From Syntrophales bacterium (GTDB taxonomy: Bacteria; Desulfobacterota; Syntrophia; Syntrophales; UBA5619): a stretch of DNA of 64,000 bases. The stretch's first letter is position 1; the number at the start of each line of letters is the position of its first letter. The notes below the pieces were generated by a model that had not been told where the DNA came from, ran no database searches, and worked only from the letters and a program-made list of their open reading frames with translations. A program made the position numbers and the translations under genes. Where the stretch lies: positions 40,003 to 104,002 of the forward strand of contig JALNYO010000010.1 in NCBI GenBank assembly GCA_023229765.1. The letters run 5' to 3'. Shown here one piece after another: positions 62,028 to 64,000 of this stretch.

Positions 62028-63299
62028 ATGACCATTGCAGTAATCGGCATGCTGGATGAAAGAGAAGCGGGCCTGGCCCTGATCAAGAAAACCATTGAAA
62101 AAAGAGGCCACAAAATTGCGCTGATTGATATCAGCATCGGCACCGGGGCCATTAAATCCGCCCTGAAAGCCGACATCACCAATGAAGAGCTGGCCCGAAG
62201 CGGTGGGACAACGGTTGGGGCAATCGCCGGCATGCTGGCTAAGGAGCGGGATAAAGCCACTTCCACGGTTGCGGCGGCGCTGGGGGAAAAACTCACAGAG
62301 ATGCTGGCGTCGGGAAATCTCCAGGGCGTTATTGCCGTGGGCGGCATGACGGGTACATTTATTAGTCTTTCGGCGATGAAAATGCTGCCGTTTGGCCTCC
62401 CTAAACTGCTCATTTCGAGTGTGGCGGCCATGCCTGCTTACGCCAAAAAACTTGCCGAGTTTTTCGGCGTTCGCGACATTACTGTCATGCACAGCGTGGT
62501 TGATACGGTCGGCCTCAACCCGCTGGTGCGAAACCTGATGATCAACGGCGCCGGCGCGATCTGCGGCATGGTGGAATCCTATGAACCTCGCCTGAAGGAA
62601 GGAAGGCCGGCGATTGCCATCACCGAATTTGGCTTTGCCGATAAGGGCGCCCACTATGTACGTGAATTACTTGAGGATCGTTTCGATATAATCTCCTTCC
62701 ACGCAACCGGGATGGGAGAAAAGGCGGCAGGCGACCTTGTCGGCCAGGGGCTTTTCGAGGCCTTTATCGATATAGTGCCGGGCGGGTTCAGCGAATATCT
62801 GCTGGGCGGAAACAGGGCGGCGGGGCCGGATCGCTTAGATGCGGGCTGCCGTCAGGGGAAGCCCTACATCCTCTCTCCGTGCGGTTTTGACATGATCAGT
62901 TGCGGCCCCCTTCAAAGAAGGGATGAAAAAGATCAGCTCTGGGTCTCCAGGAAGTTGGCGGAAAGAAAGCTGCTGCTTCAGGATTCCATCCGGGTGCAAG
63001 CCCGAACAAACCCGGAAGAAATGAAGATGATTGCCGAAGCTGTTGCCGAAAAGCTCAACCGGTGCCCCAACCCGAAACTCGTAAAATTTGTGATTCCGAA
63101 GAGGGGATTTTCATCCCTGAGCGTCGAAGGAGGCGCGTTATTCGACCCCGCATCCGACCAGACATTCATTGACGAGCTGAAAAAGAATCTCTCTTCCCAG
63201 ATAGAGGTGATTGAGGTAGATACCCATCTCAATACGCCTGAGTTTGCCCGGGCAGTTGTTGCCGCCCTGGATCAGGCCATCCGGGATATGCAGGCATAA
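62028..63299 (+). CDS. UPF0261 (Tm-1-like ATP-binding domain) family protein, copy 2
   Basis: The sequence reads MTIAVIGMLDEREAGLALIKKTIEKRG...GGMTGTFI...LPKLLISSVAA...HATGMGE, a paralog of 57814-59034. I prefer ATG 62028 (GGAGG upstream) over the track start at 61971. Confidence 0.7.
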   Translation: MTIAVIGMLDEREAGLALIKKTIEKRGHKIALIDISIGTGAIKSALKADITNEELARSGGTTVGAIAGMLAKERDKATSTVAAALGEKLTEMLASGNLQGVIAVGGMTGTFISLSAMKMLPFGLPKLLISSVAAMPAYAKKLAEFFGVRDITVMHSVVDTVGLNPLVRNLMINGAGAICGMVESYEPRLKEGRPAIAITEFGFADKGAHYVRELLEDRFDIISFHATGMGEKAAGDLVGQGLFEAFIDIVPGGFSEYLLGGNRAAGPDRLDAGCRQGKPYILSPCGFDMISCGPLQRRDEKDQLWVSRKLAERKLLLQDSIRVQARTNPEEMKMIAEAVAEKLNRCPNPKLVKFVIPKRGFSSLSVEGGALFDPASDQTFIDELKKNLSSQIEVIEVDTHLNTPEFARAVVAALDQAIRDMQA

Positions 63300-63310
63300 T
63301 AGGCAGTAAT

Positions 63311-63688
63311 ATGGATAGTTTTGATATTTCAGAAAAACATGGCGCCCTTGAGGTTTCTGCACGCACGATGTTTGTGGGTGCGGACGTGCTGGTTGTCCTC
63401 ACGGGCGGCCGCGCCCATATCGGCGCCGTGGCGATTGCCCAGCCGCGGCCGGGCATCAGCGACCCCAACAGGATAGGCTCAACCAGTTCGGTTTTTACCC
63501 TTGTGGGCCATAAGGAAGATGTGATTGCCAAGTCCATGTCGGAAGAGCTTTCCCGAAAGCTCAACCGGGTGGTGTCGGTTGTCGCAGGGATTCACTGGGA
63601 CAGCTTGACGCAAGCAGACATTGTCGTTGTGGTTGAGATGTGCGCGGCGATTGGGAAAAGGATTATTGGGGAGGCGGCCAAACGGTGA
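63311..63688 (+). CDS. LpdD-like small subunit / prenylated-flavin chaperone of UbiD-type decarboxylases
   Basis: 125 aa. The segments VLVVLTGGRAHIGAVAIA and VVAGIHWDSLTQADI resemble my recollection of Lactobacillus plantarum LpdD (VVTGGTNPHIGDV, AGIHVNQIT). It overlaps the ubiX start (GTGA). Confidence 0.6.
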   Translation: MDSFDISEKHGALEVSARTMFVGADVLVVLTGGRAHIGAVAIAQPRPGISDPNRIGSTSSVFTLVGHKEDVIAKSMSEELSRKLNRVVSVVAGIHWDSLTQADIVVVVEMCAAIGKRIIGEAAKR

Positions 63689-64000
63689 AACGGATTATAG
63701 TAGGAATTACCGGCGCGTCCGGGGTGATTTACGGGATACGGCTCCTGCAGGTTCTCAAGGATGCGCAGGTTGAAACGCATGCGGTTATTTCCGAGGCGGC
63801 GAAAAAGAATATCCTGATCGAAACGGATTTTTCCGTCGAGGATGTGGAGAAGCTGGCTTATAAGGTTCATGATGAAAAAAACATGGCCGCCTCGATCTCC
63901 AGCGGCTCTTTCAAGACAGACGGGATGGTCGTCGTTCCCTGCACCATCAAGACGCTGTCCGGCATCGCCAATTCCTTTAACGACAATTTGGTGATCCGCG
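63685..64000 (+). CDS. ubiX: Flavin prenyltransferase UbiX (N-terminal 105 aa; truncated by window edge)
   Basis: Own translation from GTG 63685 reads VKRIIVGITGASGVIYGIRLLQVLKD...ISSGSFKTDGMVVVPCTIKTLSGIANSFNDNLVIR, canonical UbiX/Pad1. It is absent from the ORF track because no stop lies in the window. Confidence 0.9.
   Translation, partial: MKRIIVGITGASGVIYGIRLLQVLKDAQVETHAVISEAAKKNILIETDFSVEDVEKLAYKVHDEKNMAASISSGSFKTDGMVVVPCTIKTLSGIANSFNDNLVIR

Noticed and set aside
60381-62654. Minus-strand ORFs 60381-61418 (345 aa) and 61995-62654 (219 aa).
   Set aside because: They are antisense to the UbiD-like and UPF0261 genes and have no recognisable domains.
1-64000. CRISPR arrays, rRNA or tRNA genes, integrases or transposases, and prophage genes.
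   Set aside because: I found no regularly spaced direct repeats, no cloverleaf-compatible sequences in the intergenic regions, and no recombinase-like ORFs. The only mobile-type signals are the short MITE-like and REP-like repeats.

Overview
This 64-kb chromosomal window appears to come from an obligately anaerobic, aromatic-degrading Desulfobacterota/Geobacter-like bacterium; that assignment is inferred from gene content only. I call 53 protein-coding genes and found no rRNA, tRNA or CRISPR array. Two genes are cut by the window edges and so are missing from the supplied ORF track: a long acyl-CoA dehydrogenase at 1-1640 (-) and ubiX at 63685-64000 (+).

Main blocks:
1. 1-6888: a sigma-54 enhancer-binding regulator with two candidate -24/-12 promoters. 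One drives a thioredoxin-like/acyl-CoA dehydrogenase operon and the other a cytoplasmic bis-MGD molybdo/tungsto-enzyme.
2. 7046-17575 (-): a complete class II (ATP-independent, tungsten) benzoyl-CoA reductase cluster, bamBCDEFGHI.
3. 17932-25677: housekeeping genes (ychF, dapL, dapF, PBP1A, tatC, tatA, a deacetylase).
4. 25862-36422: a respiratory island.
   - It begins with an ArsR-type regulator.
   - An ExtHIJK-like operon follows: a rhodanese lipoprotein, a porin, a small periplasmic protein, and a pentaheme cytochrome with an in-frame UGA plus a SECIS-like hairpin.
   - After a terminator comes a second operon: a 12-heme lipoprotein, a 10-heme cytochrome, a Rieske protein, a split cytochrome b and a tetraheme cytochrome c.
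5. 36666-44225: vapBC, gatCAB-mtnA and kup.
6. 44362-64000: an aromatic-acid island.
   - It starts with an AMP-forming CoA ligase and IorAB.
   - Next is a four-subunit Bzd-type (class I-like) aryl-CoA reductase.
   - Then come phenylphosphate-synthase-like alpha and beta genes split by a polytopic membrane gene, and a LysR regulator.
   - It ends with a UbiD-like/LpdD-like/UbiX (de)carboxylase module interleaved with two UPF0261 (Tm-1-like ATP-binding) paralogs.

Non-coding signals: two copies of a MITE-like element, three GTAG-type REP-like hairpins, a 9-mer (TTATGGATA) recurring in three promoters of the aromatic island, an ArsR-type palindrome, and several terminators and hairpins.

The most interesting candidates are the selenium/sulfur-flavoured Ext-like plus Rieske/cytochrome b electron-transfer island and the UbiD/UPF0261/Pps-like carboxylation module. 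All functional assignments come from reading motifs by eye. No database search was run.
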